DNA from: a virus
Taxonomy: Duplodnaviria; Caudoviricetes
Direction: 5' to 3' (one strand)
Virus record (IMG/VR): IMGVR_UViG_3300023181_000033
Coordinates: 1 to 58,782 of that record
Length of the DNA: 58,782 bases
In this document: positions 25,983-35,702 of the stretch, in pieces
Numbering within the stretch: the first letter of the stretch is position 1
Layout: the number at the start of each line of letters is the position of its first letter
Position numbers and translations under genes: made by a program
The notes under the pieces: model-generated
Databases searched by the model: none
What the model was told of the DNA's origin: nothing
The model's input: the letters and a program-made list of their open reading frames with translations, nothing else

Positions 25983-26636
25983 CTAAAGTAGGTCAGCAAA
26001 AGCCCTTAGTTGCTCTTTTCTTGCGCTTAGGCTTATGCCAGATTTTATCAGCTTAATGTTAGCCAATTGTAACCTGTTTAATTTGTCTAATTGCAATTCT
26101 GTAGCTTCATTTCGTTTCTTACCTTTAACATCATTAAACACCAATAGGTTCAAATAACTAGCTTCTTTCATGAACACCATAGGATCAGGTTTATTATTGA
26201 AGTAGCCAATATAAACATCTTGTATTGATTTACACATTTCAACATAGTGGTCTCCAGCTTGGTTTCTGTAGTCTATCAAATTGTCATAAACCCATTTAAT
26301 GATCTGAACCTCAAACTCAGGAGATAGCCACATTGCGAACTTCACGAAAAGGTAAGGGTGCATGAACGTACCGCCATTAACCCCTCTGGTTGCTGAATAA
26401 AGGTCTTTTTCTAAATAGGTAGAATTCTGCCCATTTGAATTCATGTCTTTTACTAGCTCTGTCATAAAATCTTGCGTGCCTTTGTTTACGAAAAAAGCCT
26501 TCATTTCTTTTTCAGACCTGTTGCCTGTTTTGTTATAAGCCTTAAGTAGTTCAGTCGAATTAAAAAACTTATCCCCACTCCTTTGAGTTATGTTGAATTC
26601 ATTAAACGGACGCTTCATTAATACTTGTGTTTTCAT
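25983..26636 (-). CDS. KilA-N domain DNA-binding protein
   Basis: ITQR..D.FFNST.LLK, RG.NGGTFMHP.L..KFAMWLSPEFE. Confidence 0.88.
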   Translation of the reverse strand: MKTQVLMKRPFNEFNITQRSGDKFFNSTELLKAYNKTGNRSEKEMKAFFVNKGTQDFMTELVKDMNSNGQNSTYLEKDLYSATRGVNGGTFMHPYLFVKFAMWLSPEFEVQIIKWVYDNLIDYRNQAGDHYVEMCKSIQDVYIGYFNNKPDPMVFMKEASYLNLLVFNDVKGKKRNEATELQLDKLNRLQLANIKLIKSGISLSARKEQLRAFADLL

Positions 26637-26736
26637 TGTAAATGAGTTTTATTTAATACAAATATAAGAATATTATACCTATTTACATAATTTGTTCTGG
26701 CTTTTTTGTTTGCTATCAATCACTTATCTTTGATGT

Positions 26737-27327
26737 ATGGGAAACTTTAAGGAAGCAGAGCGGGTAACCGGAAGATTTGAGGGCGGTTGGGCTAACAATC
26801 CAAATGACCGAGGGAAAGAGACCTATGGGGGCATTGCGCGTAAGTTCTGGCCAAATTGGAAAGGGTGGCCTTATATCGACAAATTTAAGGCGGACTATGC
26901 AAAAGCTAAAACTAAGCTATCATTGGCGCAATGGGTAAACGCTTCTGCAAAGGCAAATCCTGCAGTCGGTGAATTGGTATCTCAATTTTACAAATCCAAC
27001 TTTTGGGATGTGAATAAGCTAGATGCAATAACAGATCAGCAATTAGCTAACGTTGTTTATGATTTCAGCGTTAATTCCGGCACAAACAGAGGAGCTAAGT
27101 TCTTACAGGATGCTTACAATAATGTTAATGGCATGTGGGTTGATTTGGTTAGTGACGGTGAAATAGGGCAGAAAACAATCAATGCTGTAAATGCCTTTAA
27201 TGCGAAGCTACTGTTCCAGGAATATCAAAGGTTGCGCGAACTGTTTTACCGAAAGCTAGCTACGGATCCTAGCCAAAAACAATTCCTGAATAGTTGGTTG
27301 AGTAGGCTTACTAAATACAAAGACTAA
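26737..27327 (+). CDS. Endolysin, glycoside hydrolase family 108
   Basis: EGGWANNPNDRGKETYGGI, DFSVNSG, DGEIGQKT, FLNSWLSR. Confidence 0.92.
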   Translation: MGNFKEAERVTGRFEGGWANNPNDRGKETYGGIARKFWPNWKGWPYIDKFKADYAKAKTKLSLAQWVNASAKANPAVGELVSQFYKSNFWDVNKLDAITDQQLANVVYDFSVNSGTNRGAKFLQDAYNNVNGMWVDLVSDGEIGQKTINAVNAFNAKLLFQEYQRLRELFYRKLATDPSQKQFLNSWLSRLTKYKD

Positions 27328-27611
27328 TGCCCGATACCCACGTAGACGACAAAACCCGAAACAACCTTGCTTACATCTGGAGCATTGCCGTTATTACTTT
27401 GGTTGACTATATCGTATATAAATACGGTGACTTCAAAGAGATATTAACCCTTATCATTGGCTTTATAACGGGTGTAGCTGGAACGGTACTGGCGTTATAT
27501 TTTGGCGGTAACATTACGGGCAAGCAAAAGACGACTGCGGAAATAACACCAGATAGCACTATCATTACTCAGGAACCGATTAACCAACAGGACAATGAAA
27601 AACCAGTGTAA
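27327..27611 (+). CDS. Holin (2 TM)
   Basis: Two TM helices ending VLALYFG; follows endolysin. Confidence 0.7.
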   Translation: MPDTHVDDKTRNNLAYIWSIAVITLVDYIVYKYGDFKEILTLIIGFITGVAGTVLALYFGGNITGKQKTTAEITPDSTIITQEPINQQDNEKPV

Positions 27612-28080
27612 ATACCTACTCATAATTTCAGTGTGTGCATTTATTGCGCTAACTGGATGTGGTACTAGAAAGGTAGACGCAGAAAAGATACGTACTGAAA
27701 CTAAAGTACAGCAGGAATTAGAGGCTGAAGGGGAGTCTGAAAGGCGAGAAGTATTTACTACTCAGGATAAAGCGTTAAACATCGATTCAAAGACATCACA
27801 GACAACAGAACAAGGTGAATTTGATAGTATTACAGGAAAACTAATTAAAGGAAGCAGAACGGCTAATAATACTTCGCTTGTCATCACTAAAACTGTAAAC
27901 ACTACAGAGCGCATATTCCATGATGTAGAAAAGTGGAAGATTAAAAATAAGGTAATCACAAATACCATAACTGTATATAAAAGTAAGAAGTCCACCTCGT
28001 CTAGGGATGGACTTTATTACCTTGGCGGTTTTGGATTACTTATTTTGGGAGTTCTGGCTTGGTTGAAGTGGGTGAGGTAG
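27595..28080 (+). CDS. Putative unimolecular spanin
   Basis: N-terminal lipobox LTG-C plus C-terminal TM helix; last gene of lysis cassette. Confidence 0.7.
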   Translation: MKNQCKYLLIISVCAFIALTGCGTRKVDAEKIRTETKVQQELEAEGESERREVFTTQDKALNIDSKTSQTTEQGEFDSITGKLIKGSRTANNTSLVITKTVNTTERIFHDVEKWKIKNKVITNTITVYKSKKSTSSRDGLYYLGGFGLLILGVLAWLKWVR

Positions 28081-28492
28081 TTAATTCCTCGCCTGTAATC
28101 GCAAAAATCAGATTCTGTAATTGATGTACATATTCACATGGGATGTCTATCCTGTCCATCACAGACCCTCCGTGTATGTCTTCCGGCCATATTACTAGTG
28201 AGCTTTCCTTCTTCCAAAACTCAATACTGTAGTTTTTTGGGTAGTCATAAAAATCATTTGAGTGTTTTGGTTTTGTAAATCCTAATTTCAACAACCATTG
28301 TTCTGTTAAGGGCAATACCTCTATTCGATGCAGGTTATCGTTGCCATCCATATAGGCATTTTGCCAATTGTCAGGATTACAATAAGATATTCCATTGTTT
28401 TTTATCTCTAGGATCATGCTTGTTCCTAATAAAACGTGGTTAAACAAATTACCTCGTCTAAATTGCGCTTTAAAATTTTCTATTTCACTCAC
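28040..28492 (-). CDS. Conserved phage hypothetical (PLTE.WLL / YVHQLQNL family)
   Basis: Paralogue of 35696-36067. Confidence 0.75.
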   Translation of the reverse strand: MSEIENFKAQFRRGNLFNHVLLGTSMILEIKNNGISYCNPDNWQNAYMDGNDNLHRIEVLPLTEQWLLKLGFTKPKHSNDFYDYPKNYSIEFWKKESSLVIWPEDIHGGSVMDRIDIPCEYVHQLQNLIFAITGEELTTSPTSTKPELPK

Positions 28493-28728
28493 GGCTTAAC
28501 CCTCCTTTCTGCTTTAAACTTATCAATACTTGCCTTTCTATCGGCCTCCATTGCGGCATGGTTTAGGCTATCTTGCAGGTTTGAATCCGGGATCTTGGCA
28601 ACGGTATCTGATAAAGGCTTAGGATTATCTGTTAAGCTACATGCCTGAGCGCACATTACGCATGCCGTAGCGGTCAACAAGGCAACGACGTATATGTCAA
28701 TCGCCATAATAATTGGATGTTTTTTCAT
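28489..28728 (-). CDS. Small secreted or membrane-anchored protein
   Basis: N-terminal hydrophobic helix. Confidence 0.55.
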   Translation of the reverse strand: MKKHPIIMAIDIYVVALLTATACVMCAQACSLTDNPKPLSDTVAKIPDSNLQDSLNHAAMEADRKASIDKFKAERRVKP

Positions 28729-28940
28729 TTTAATCTGGTTAGTTCTTGTAAAATCTTTGCTTTTGTCGCCATAACATGACCTTCTTCAATGCAATTATCA
28801 TGCATTTTAAGGGATAGGTCAATGGCTTTGTTTAATTGAGATTGGATAGAAGCATATAGTTTATCATACCTTCTTCGCTCCCAAAATAATATATTGTTAA
28901 GCTCAGTAACCTGTTTCTTCCATATTTCTTTCTTTTCCAT
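28725..28940 (-). CDS. Hypothetical protein
   Basis: ORF in leftward early operon. Confidence 0.55.
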   Translation of the reverse strand: MEKKEIWKKQVTELNNILFWERRRYDKLYASIQSQLNKAIDLSLKMHDNCIEEGHVMATKAKILQELTRLK

Positions 28941-28941
28941 G

Positions 28942-29160
28942 TTATTTAAAGAAGAAGTCAAATGAATGGCTAATTGTTGATATACTTACCTGCTCAAATA
29001 TCATCCATTTAACCCATACTAAGGGCGCAAAGAAGAAGTCTATTATTGCCCAAAATACAGAGTCGTTTATGTGCTTACCGACTATTGCAGTGAACACGGC
29101 AAAAAGGAGATAAGTAATTTCAAGAATTAAGTTAATCGCGTAAAGGAATATGTATTTCAT
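28942..29160 (-). CDS. Small membrane protein
   Basis: Two hydrophobic segments; SVFWAIIDFFFAP. Confidence 0.6.
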   Translation of the reverse strand: MKYIFLYAINLILEITYLLFAVFTAIVGKHINDSVFWAIIDFFFAPLVWVKWMIFEQVSISTISHSFDFFFK

Positions 29161-29523
29161 ACGTTCAAGTATTGACAAAGGTAAATTACTCCTGCTCCGG
29201 TACATAACAACGTAGCGAAACAGATTAGGTTTGTTTTTTGGTTTGGGGTCATGATTCGTTACTTTCTTTGTAAATAAATAGGAGTTTAACTAAGATCATA
29301 CCGATTATAAACGAGGGGAACGCGATGACTATATTTTTGTCAATCCAGTATTTATATATTGAAATTGAGCAGATAAAAATCATAACTAAATCCAGTGTTA
29401 AGAGAAATTTGATCATTTTATTCCTCTTTTACGCCTCGTGAGCAGATGAATAAATATACAATTGTGATGACGATTGCCAAGCCGGTAACGTACGGCATAA
29501 GGTTTAAAATTGTGTTTGTCATG

Positions 29524-29736
29524 TTACCAAGTGTGAGATTGAGTGATTCTTGTTAATTCGTTTTTAAGGTCTAAGGCAGCTCGCCTAACGGCACCGTTCT
29601 CCTTGGTAATGTTAGTGCTGTATTTTGATTCAGCTTCTTTGTTTGTTCTTTCTTGACATTCATCAAGTTTTTTAATGAACCTCAGTGCTTCTTTTTTTAC
29701 ATCAGCTAAAACGGATGCTAATTTTTCTTTTTCCAT
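29524..29736 (-). CDS. Hypothetical helical protein
   Basis: ORF; GAVRRAALDL. Confidence 0.6.
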   Translation of the reverse strand: MEKEKLASVLADVKKEALRFIKKLDECQERTNKEAESKYSTNITKENGAVRRAALDLKNELTRITQSHTW

Positions 29737-29737
29737 G

Positions 29738-30067
29738 TTATTTTATTAAGTTTTTTAAAAAATCAACTGTTAATTGAATTTGCTCATTGTTTAGCTTTGA
29801 CCATGCGAAAGTAGATACAAAAGAATTGTTAATTTTTCTTCGGTAAGCATTTTCAAGTTCTAAAGAAGGTAGGTAGTAATAAGTATTAGAGTACCCCTTT
29901 GTGCCAATAGCGGTCATTCCGTCGTAAAAAGGTTTTCTCAACTTAGTGTCATAACCCTCAAGAACTATCTGAGTTGGAGTTAGACACTTTACCTTTACCT
30001 TTGATATTCCATGGTATCCACTTTTAGCGAATAGTACATCTCCTGATTCTGGTTGTTTTGCCTCCAT
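29738..30067 (-). CDS. Hypothetical beta-barrel-type phage protein
   Basis: KVKCLTPTQIVL; start MEAKQPES. Confidence 0.6.
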   Translation of the reverse strand: MEAKQPESGDVLFAKSGYHGISKVKVKCLTPTQIVLEGYDTKLRKPFYDGMTAIGTKGYSNTYYYLPSLELENAYRRKINNSFVSTFAWSKLNNEQIQLTVDFLKNLIK

Positions 30068-30068
30068 A

Positions 30069-30218
30069 TTATTTATCCTCCTTTTTAATTTTGGCATCTA
30101 TAGCCTGTTCAATCCATTTTGTTAATGATTCTCTTTTTACTCCGGCTAGTCTTTTAATTATTTCGTGCTTATCGGTAAGCATGTAAACCGGAACCTGTTT
30201 TATATTTGCCTTTCCCAT
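30069..30218 (-). CDS. Unannotated 49-aa ribbon-helix-helix-like regulator
   Basis: MGKANIKQVPVYMLTDKHEIIKRLAGVKRESLTKWIEQAIDAKIKKEDK; first gene at the divergent promoter. Confidence 0.65.
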   Translation of the reverse strand: MGKANIKQVPVYMLTDKHEIIKRLAGVKRESLTKWIEQAIDAKIKKEDK

Positions 30219-30340
30219 ACCACAAATATACACTTTTATATTACAATCAAAAGAAAATTAAAATAAATTATTATTTCCTTGCAACTATCATTCCTTATAC
30301 CCATCTTTGTCAAGTCGTATCAATCAAACGGCATTCGGAT
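30219..30340. promoter_or_regulatory. Divergent early promoter region
   Basis: CAAATATA 30223-30230 (leftward) and CATCTTTG near 30302 (rightward); strand switch point. Confidence 0.7.
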
Positions 30341-30341
30341 T

Positions 30342-30536
30342 ATGAAAAATACAAACCCTAAAAAAAAGAAAATAACAATTAGCAAGGACTACGTTAAAGG
30401 ATTTATGCTAGATACGTCTGGCGTTAATTCGGTCAAGAAATTACTGGATGAATCAAAAGAAATCTATTGTTTAAATACAGAGGATTATCAAGACGGAACA
30501 GGAAGCGTAACTGTAACCATACACTTTAATGATTAA
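30342..30536 (+). CDS. Hypothetical early protein
   Basis: ORF starting MKNTNPKKK. Confidence 0.55.
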   Translation: MKNTNPKKKKITISKDYVKGFMLDTSGVNSVKKLLDESKEIYCLNTEDYQDGTGSVTVTIHFND

Positions 30537-30673
30537 AACCATGACGCCTTACCAAACCCAACTACACGAAAACATCAGCTTTAAAGGCACGATGTATAAG
30601 TTATCACCGGCTTTAATGGCTGATACGATTAAATTTAACGCTATGGTTTTACGTAACACTAAGAATAAATAAT

Positions 30674-30934
30674 ATGAAAACAAATGGTAATGATCCGGCT
30701 TCACCGACTGAGGTGACTTATGTTGATGGTGTGCTTTGTGGTATTCAAACGGGTAATTCGTCAGGCATATCTATTGGCCTAACTAAACGCGAACAGTTTG
30801 CAATGGCCGCAATGCAAGGGATGTATAATAATGGTGTTATGACCATAAGCGGGTCTATTGACCGAAGTCCAGACGGAATAGCTAAAATGGCAGTTATAGC
30901 TGCCGATGAATTAATTGACGCTTTAAACAAATAA
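30674..30934 (+). CDS. Conserved phage protein (GLTKRE.FAMAAMQG family)
   Basis: Motif GLTKREQFAMAAMQG...AV..ADELI..L. Confidence 0.75.
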   Translation: MKTNGNDPASPTEVTYVDGVLCGIQTGNSSGISIGLTKREQFAMAAMQGMYNNGVMTISGSIDRSPDGIAKMAVIAADELIDALNK

Positions 30935-30938
30935 ACTT

Positions 30939-31145
30939 ATGACTACTCAACAAAAAATCGCAAAATGCCTGGAATTGGCGTTACAAATTGAAGGGGCTAA
31001 CTTTGATTATCATCCTTCGGCACAATCTATATCTATATTCAAGTTGAGTAGAGATAGTTACGATTTTAACTACTCAATATACACATACGATAGGTTAGAC
31101 GAACTAATCAGCCAACTTGAAACCCACACCAAAGACCATGCTTAA
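30939..31145 (+). CDS. Hypothetical protein
   Basis: ORF in early operon. Confidence 0.55.
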   Translation: MTTQQKIAKCLELALQIEGANFDYHPSAQSISIFKLSRDSYDFNYSIYTYDRLDELISQLETHTKDHA

Positions 31146-31211
31146 ATACACTTGGTTCCTTAGAATCACAATTACAATAGGCGCTATTGCTACAATTATT
31201 TATTTATTGAA

Positions 31212-31430
31212 ATGAAAAAAGCAGAAGAATACGTGAAAGATATTCATGGTTGCGATCTGGACACGGAAACGACAGCGATATTGGTTAAAAGCTACAAAGA
31301 GTATGCAAAAAAAGTTGCAGAAAATGCATTGGAGGTCGCTAGTGAGAATTTGTACGACTGCCACAGTTCATTGTCTGCGTGGGAAAGTAATAAAAAGGAC
31401 ATTTTAAACACCGAAATTATAACTCCATAG
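31212..31430 (+). CDS. Hypothetical protein (MK.AEE...KEYA module)
   Basis: ORF. Confidence 0.6.
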   Translation: MKKAEEYVKDIHGCDLDTETTAILVKSYKEYAKKVAENALEVASENLYDCHSSLSAWESNKKDILNTEIITP

Positions 31431-31432
31431 AA

Positions 31433-31966
31433 ATGAAAGAAACAAACATAGATGCTCGCAAGCACCGTAAATCTACACACTTAGCTGCTGCTGATTTAGA
31501 CGCGATGACAGTTGAAGGAAAGAAACTCGTTTTCACACTAAAAGAGGCTTGGTATGACACTAAAGTAGATGTGTCGGGTTCTGATACCGATGGTTACTTT
31601 TGTTCGTTCCAAGAGCCTATAAAGGATATGGTGATCAATTCTACCAACCGTAAAGTTATTGCCGGATTTGCCAAGAAAAGGGGTTTTAACGATATCGATT
31701 GCTGGAACATTGGCAACTGGGGTGGGATTAAAGTTGAACTAACTGTTCTTAGAGGTATTAAAGCATTTGGCAAGATCCAGGACGGTATTCGTGTTTCACC
31801 TATCCCGCCAGCAGAGAAGGTAAAGCCTGTATTTTATGAGGCTAACTTTGAAAAAGCACATTTGGCAAAGGCAAGTGTAGAGGCAATTGAAAAAGCGTAC
31901 CAGTTAACAGAGGAAATTAAAACACAATACTTACAATATGTCGCAGACAATAGCAAAGCAGAGTAA
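31433..31966 (+). CDS. Putative ssDNA-annealing/binding partner of the exonuclease
   Basis: Overlaps the YqaJ gene; family not confidently recognised. Confidence 0.5.
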   Translation: MKETNIDARKHRKSTHLAAADLDAMTVEGKKLVFTLKEAWYDTKVDVSGSDTDGYFCSFQEPIKDMVINSTNRKVIAGFAKKRGFNDIDCWNIGNWGGIKVELTVLRGIKAFGKIQDGIRVSPIPPAEKVKPVFYEANFEKAHLAKASVEAIEKAYQLTEEIKTQYLQYVADNSKAE

Positions 31967-32585
31967 TTATCCACAAAGGAGTATCGAATGGCAAGCTGAA
32001 AGACTTGGAAAATTTACCTCTAGTAAAGCATCCGATTTATTAGGCATCAAAGGATTAGGCGAAACAGGTAAAACTTATGCCCGTAAATTAGCGGTTGATA
32101 TCGTAGAGGGTATTGATTATGATGAAAAAGAAGCTTCTATGACATTTTCGATGAGATTGGGCGTAGAAAATGAACCCTACGCATTCGAGCAATTCAAACA
32201 GCTAAAAACACTTGAATTTTTAGAAGTAACCAATTGTGGGTTCTTTGAGCTTACAAAAGACATTGGGGGTAGTCCTGATGGTTTAGTAGGAGATAATGCC
32301 GTACTGGAGATTAAATGCCCTAATTACGATACTTTCTTTAAGTTGGTCATTGATCAGGAAATCGATAAGAAGTATTATGCGCAAATGCAACATCAAATGT
32401 GGATCACCGATCGACAACATGCGTACTTCTTTAATTACGTTATCCATAATGGCGAACCTAAATGGCATGAGATAATTGTACATCGTGACGAGAACACTAT
32501 TGATCTGCTTAAATCCAGGACTGCGGAGGCTATTATTATTCGTGATGAATATATCGAAAAGTTACGTAAAAACAGACAGTATTAA
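31938..32585 (+). CDS. YqaJ/lambda-exonuclease family nuclease
   Basis: QRS.EW...RLGKFTSS, GSPDGL, LEIKCP, YYAQMQ. Confidence 0.92.
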   Translation: MSQTIAKQSNYPQRSIEWQAERLGKFTSSKASDLLGIKGLGETGKTYARKLAVDIVEGIDYDEKEASMTFSMRLGVENEPYAFEQFKQLKTLEFLEVTNCGFFELTKDIGGSPDGLVGDNAVLEIKCPNYDTFFKLVIDQEIDKKYYAQMQHQMWITDRQHAYFFNYVIHNGEPKWHEIIVHRDENTIDLLKSRTAEAIIIRDEYIEKLRKNRQY

Positions 32586-32649
32586 AGCCTAAGCCAGCCC
32601 GGCTTGATAGGACTGGCATAATTTAACCACATCATTTTGCTTACTAATC

Positions 32650-32677
32650 AACCGGAAGTTATGAGCCGGTTTTTTTT
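32650..32677 (+). terminator. Intrinsic terminator
   Basis: AACCGG/CCGGTT stem plus T-tract. Confidence 0.7.
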
Positions 32678-32877
32678 GTGTAAAAAATAAATACGATTTA
32701 ATTTGGTAGTTGTTTGTTTTGTCTGTATATTTGTATAAGCAAAACAAACAGATATGAAAAATATAATCAGAGGTAAAGAATTTCAAGTTAAACAAACTTC
32801 AAGCAAATATTTCTATTGGTCACCTAAAAATGGTCGTTGGTTGCCTATTTCAAAAAGTAAAGTAATTGTAAATTAAT

Positions 32878-33087
32878 ATGAAACAATTAAATCTTTTTAA
32901 AGATAAATCGGATTGGAGTTTTGAATTCCATTTACATATGTGTTACGGAGATATAAACTATCTTAAAGATAGTATGCAGAAGTCTATAAATAGATATATA
33001 AATTGCGAAAATAAAACAATAAAAGTAATTGAAAGAATAAACATTATGTCAAATATAATAAAACAATGCAATGATAAACTAGATTAA
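32878..33087 (+). CDS. Hypothetical protein
   Basis: ORF. Confidence 0.5.
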   Translation: MKQLNLFKDKSDWSFEFHLHMCYGDINYLKDSMQKSINRYINCENKTIKVIERINIMSNIIKQCNDKLD

Positions 33088-33096
33088 ACTATAAGC

Positions 33097-33411
33097 ATGA
33101 AAACAGCAGAAGAAATATTGCAAAACGCCTATTCGGCCATAAAAAACAAACAAAGTAGTAAAAACTGCGATGTTGACCCTATTTTGATAGACGCAATGAA
33201 AGAATACGCAGAACAATTTAAACCTGAATGGATTAGTATCAAAGATAGCCTACCTTGTCTAGGAGATTATGTTTTGGCAGCAAACTATATGGGGATGGAT
33301 ATTGCAGAGTACAAGGGGGATAGATTTTTTATAGAAATAGAAGCGACGACAATGACCAGTCACTGGATGCCGTTGCCGGTTTTACCTAAAAAAAGCGACA
33401 AGTTGCTATAA
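33097..33411 (+). CDS. DUF551-like protein
   Basis: WISIKDSLP...SHWMPLP. Confidence 0.8.
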   Translation: MKTAEEILQNAYSAIKNKQSSKNCDVDPILIDAMKEYAEQFKPEWISIKDSLPCLGDYVLAANYMGMDIAEYKGDRFFIEIEATTMTSHWMPLPVLPKKSDKLL

Positions 33412-33593
33412 TACATAACTCCAAATAAAATGACAGAAGAACTATTAAACATGAAAGTAGGTGAATCGGGTGATAAGTCGCATTTCAACTACGACAGCTT
33501 CATCACAACCAAAACACGTTTAAAGCGTAACGGAAAAGGTGAATGGCAAAGTAAACTGAGCAAAGGCATATTAACAGTTAGGAGGACAGCGTA

Positions 33594-34265
33594 ATGAAAA
33601 GACCAGAAGACATTTATTTTTTAGTAGGCTGCGAAGAAAGCCAGGCTATTACTATCGAGCTTAGAAAGATTGGTGTAAACGCTTTCAGCTGCGATTTAAA
33701 ACCATGTAGCGGTGGACATCCGGAATGGCATATACAAGGTGATGTTTTTGATGCAATAAACAGAACATCTTCGTTGTTGCAAAATGGTGATTATGCTCAT
33801 TTTAAAAAATGGGATGCCGCCGTATTTCATCCTGACTGTACTTATCTTACTGTTTCAGCCAACAAATGGTATAAAGATCAGCCAGAAAGAAAATCAGGAG
33901 TACTAGTTGGGGCCCGGCGTAGAGAGGCTAGGGAAAAAGCTATTAAATTCTTTATGAACTTATACAATTGCGGTATACCCAACATAAGAATTGAAAACCC
34001 AATATGCGTAATGAGTAGTCGATTTAGAAAGCCTGACCAGGTTTTACAACCTTGGATGTTTGGCATGGGTGAGACTAAAGCCACCTGTCTTTGGAACTTA
34101 GGATTTCCAAACGTTAAGTCAACTAACATAGTGGAAGGTAGAAAGCAAGCGTTACATTTACTGCCACCTTCTAAAGATAGAGCTGAGCTTAGGTCTAAGA
34201 CATACCAAGGAATTGCAGAGGCTATCGCAAAACAATCAGTTGAATTTTTAATATCACAAGCATGA
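33594..34265 (+). CDS. Phage short DNA cytosine methyltransferase-like protein
   Basis: LVGCEES, SCDL.PC, HPDCTY, ENP, QPWMFG, RSKTY.GIAEA. Confidence 0.75.
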   Translation: MKRPEDIYFLVGCEESQAITIELRKIGVNAFSCDLKPCSGGHPEWHIQGDVFDAINRTSSLLQNGDYAHFKKWDAAVFHPDCTYLTVSANKWYKDQPERKSGVLVGARRREAREKAIKFFMNLYNCGIPNIRIENPICVMSSRFRKPDQVLQPWMFGMGETKATCLWNLGFPNVKSTNIVEGRKQALHLLPPSKDRAELRSKTYQGIAEAIAKQSVEFLISQA

Positions 34266-34471
34266 TCACAGCACGCGCACACTTCGAAAAGCTACCAGAG
34301 CCACATCAGACTAATTGTTTGACCGCGATGGACAAGGCACTATGCAATGAACACTTTGAGTATATCACGGACGCGCTATTTATTGCGATTAACTGGTCAA
34401 GTGATCCAGGAATTGACTACTGGGAAGAACTACATGACGCTTGTCAGGAAGGGGTGTATAATGGCCAATAA
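34262..34471 (+). CDS. Hypothetical protein
   Basis: ORF; LPEP...W...G.DYW. Confidence 0.6.
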   Translation: MITARAHFEKLPEPHQTNCLTAMDKALCNEHFEYITDALFIAINWSSDPGIDYWEELHDACQEGVYNGQ

Positions 34472-34802
34472 GATACCTGAATGGAAACGGACATTCATAG
34501 TTGAAAAGACCTACGAAATGACCGACAGAGAGATAGCTAATGCATTAGACCTGCCAATTGGTTCAATTCAAAGCATAAGGTTAGCTAAAGGCTTAAAACG
34601 AAGTATTAGAAATACCGATCCGGATCGAAGGCTAACGATAGTCGCTATGCTTGAAGATTATTGGTGTAATTACACGTCCATAACGGTATTAGCAAGGCGT
34701 TATAAGATGGATACAAGTAATATCGCTAGGCAAATACAACACTTGTTTAAAATGCCTTTAAATCAGTCAACAAAAATAATAGTATTAAAATCAAGGGTAT
34801 GA
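34461..34802 (+). CDS. HTH-containing protein
   Basis: MTDREIANALDLP.GSI; SIT.LARRY. Confidence 0.6.
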   Translation: MANKIPEWKRTFIVEKTYEMTDREIANALDLPIGSIQSIRLAKGLKRSIRNTDPDRRLTIVAMLEDYWCNYTSITVLARRYKMDTSNIARQIQHLFKMPLNQSTKIIVLKSRV

Positions 34803-35138
34803 AAAAGAAAGGCAACGAACTTAATTTTATATCTCAAATCAATAGGGATGGAAGTGGTGTAAGTGAAATAAGTGAAACTTATATGTCGTTCCTTCAAAAG
34901 GATATTTTTAGATTACATAGATTATCTATAAATAAAGATACCTATATAGCATTTAATTTTAACGCATTTGTAGTAAAAATTAAAGTATGACGGAATATGA
35001 AAAATGGATTGCCATGCTATCTGCCGATGAGCAAATCCAACTCAGGGAGGAAACGTTACGCATCGCACTAGGTGATGATGAGTATTACGATTTAAGAGGC
35101 AAGCAAGGGTATAATTTTGGACAGTTAGAAATGAAACT

Positions 35139-35702
35139 TTGATGCCAAAACCTAAACTACCACCAGGAGAAGCAAAACGCAGGGAGCGCGAACGATCTAA
35201 GCGAAGTAATGCGATATCCAAGGCTAAACGTGATGCTGAACGCGCTGCGGGTATACCCGCTGTTAAACGCATACTTACTGAAGCAGAGAAAGAGGCAATG
35301 CGTATACGGGTTAGGGAATACAGGGCAAAGCAGCGGTTGCTCAAACCTCCTAGGATACCCATGACGCCAGAGCAAAGACGCCTCAGAGCAATTGAGAAAA
35401 CACGTAAATCATACGAAAAGAAACTAGCTATGCAAGGAAAAGTAAGGCAAGTACCCGTAAAGAAACGTACCAAAGAAATTAAAACTAAACCAATGGAAAA
35501 AATATTAAAAGCACGTCCTGCAAACAGGATCAGCGAAAAGGTAATTAAACCTGTTAAAATCGATGCGACACGTCAAACGGTATGCAAGATCCTGACAGAT
35601 GACACCGGAAAGGTAAGGGTTAAACTAAACGAAAAGACTTGGGTGTATGCAAGTCCAGGTTATGATGTTGACGCTTTGAGGAGGAAGTTTAAGGTATGTT
35701 AA
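35139..35702 (+). CDS. Highly basic protein
   Basis: Arg/Lys-rich ORF. Confidence 0.6.
   Translation: MMPKPKLPPGEAKRRERERSKRSNAISKAKRDAERAAGIPAVKRILTEAEKEAMRIRVREYRAKQRLLKPPRIPMTPEQRRLRAIEKTRKSYEKKLAMQGKVRQVPVKKRTKEIKTKPMEKILKARPANRISEKVIKPVKIDATRQTVCKILTDDTGKVRVKLNEKTWVYASPGYDVDALRRKFKVC

Noticed and set aside
33594-34265. Restriction-modification system
   Set aside because: Solitary MTase-like gene with no adjacent restriction partner; common in phages.
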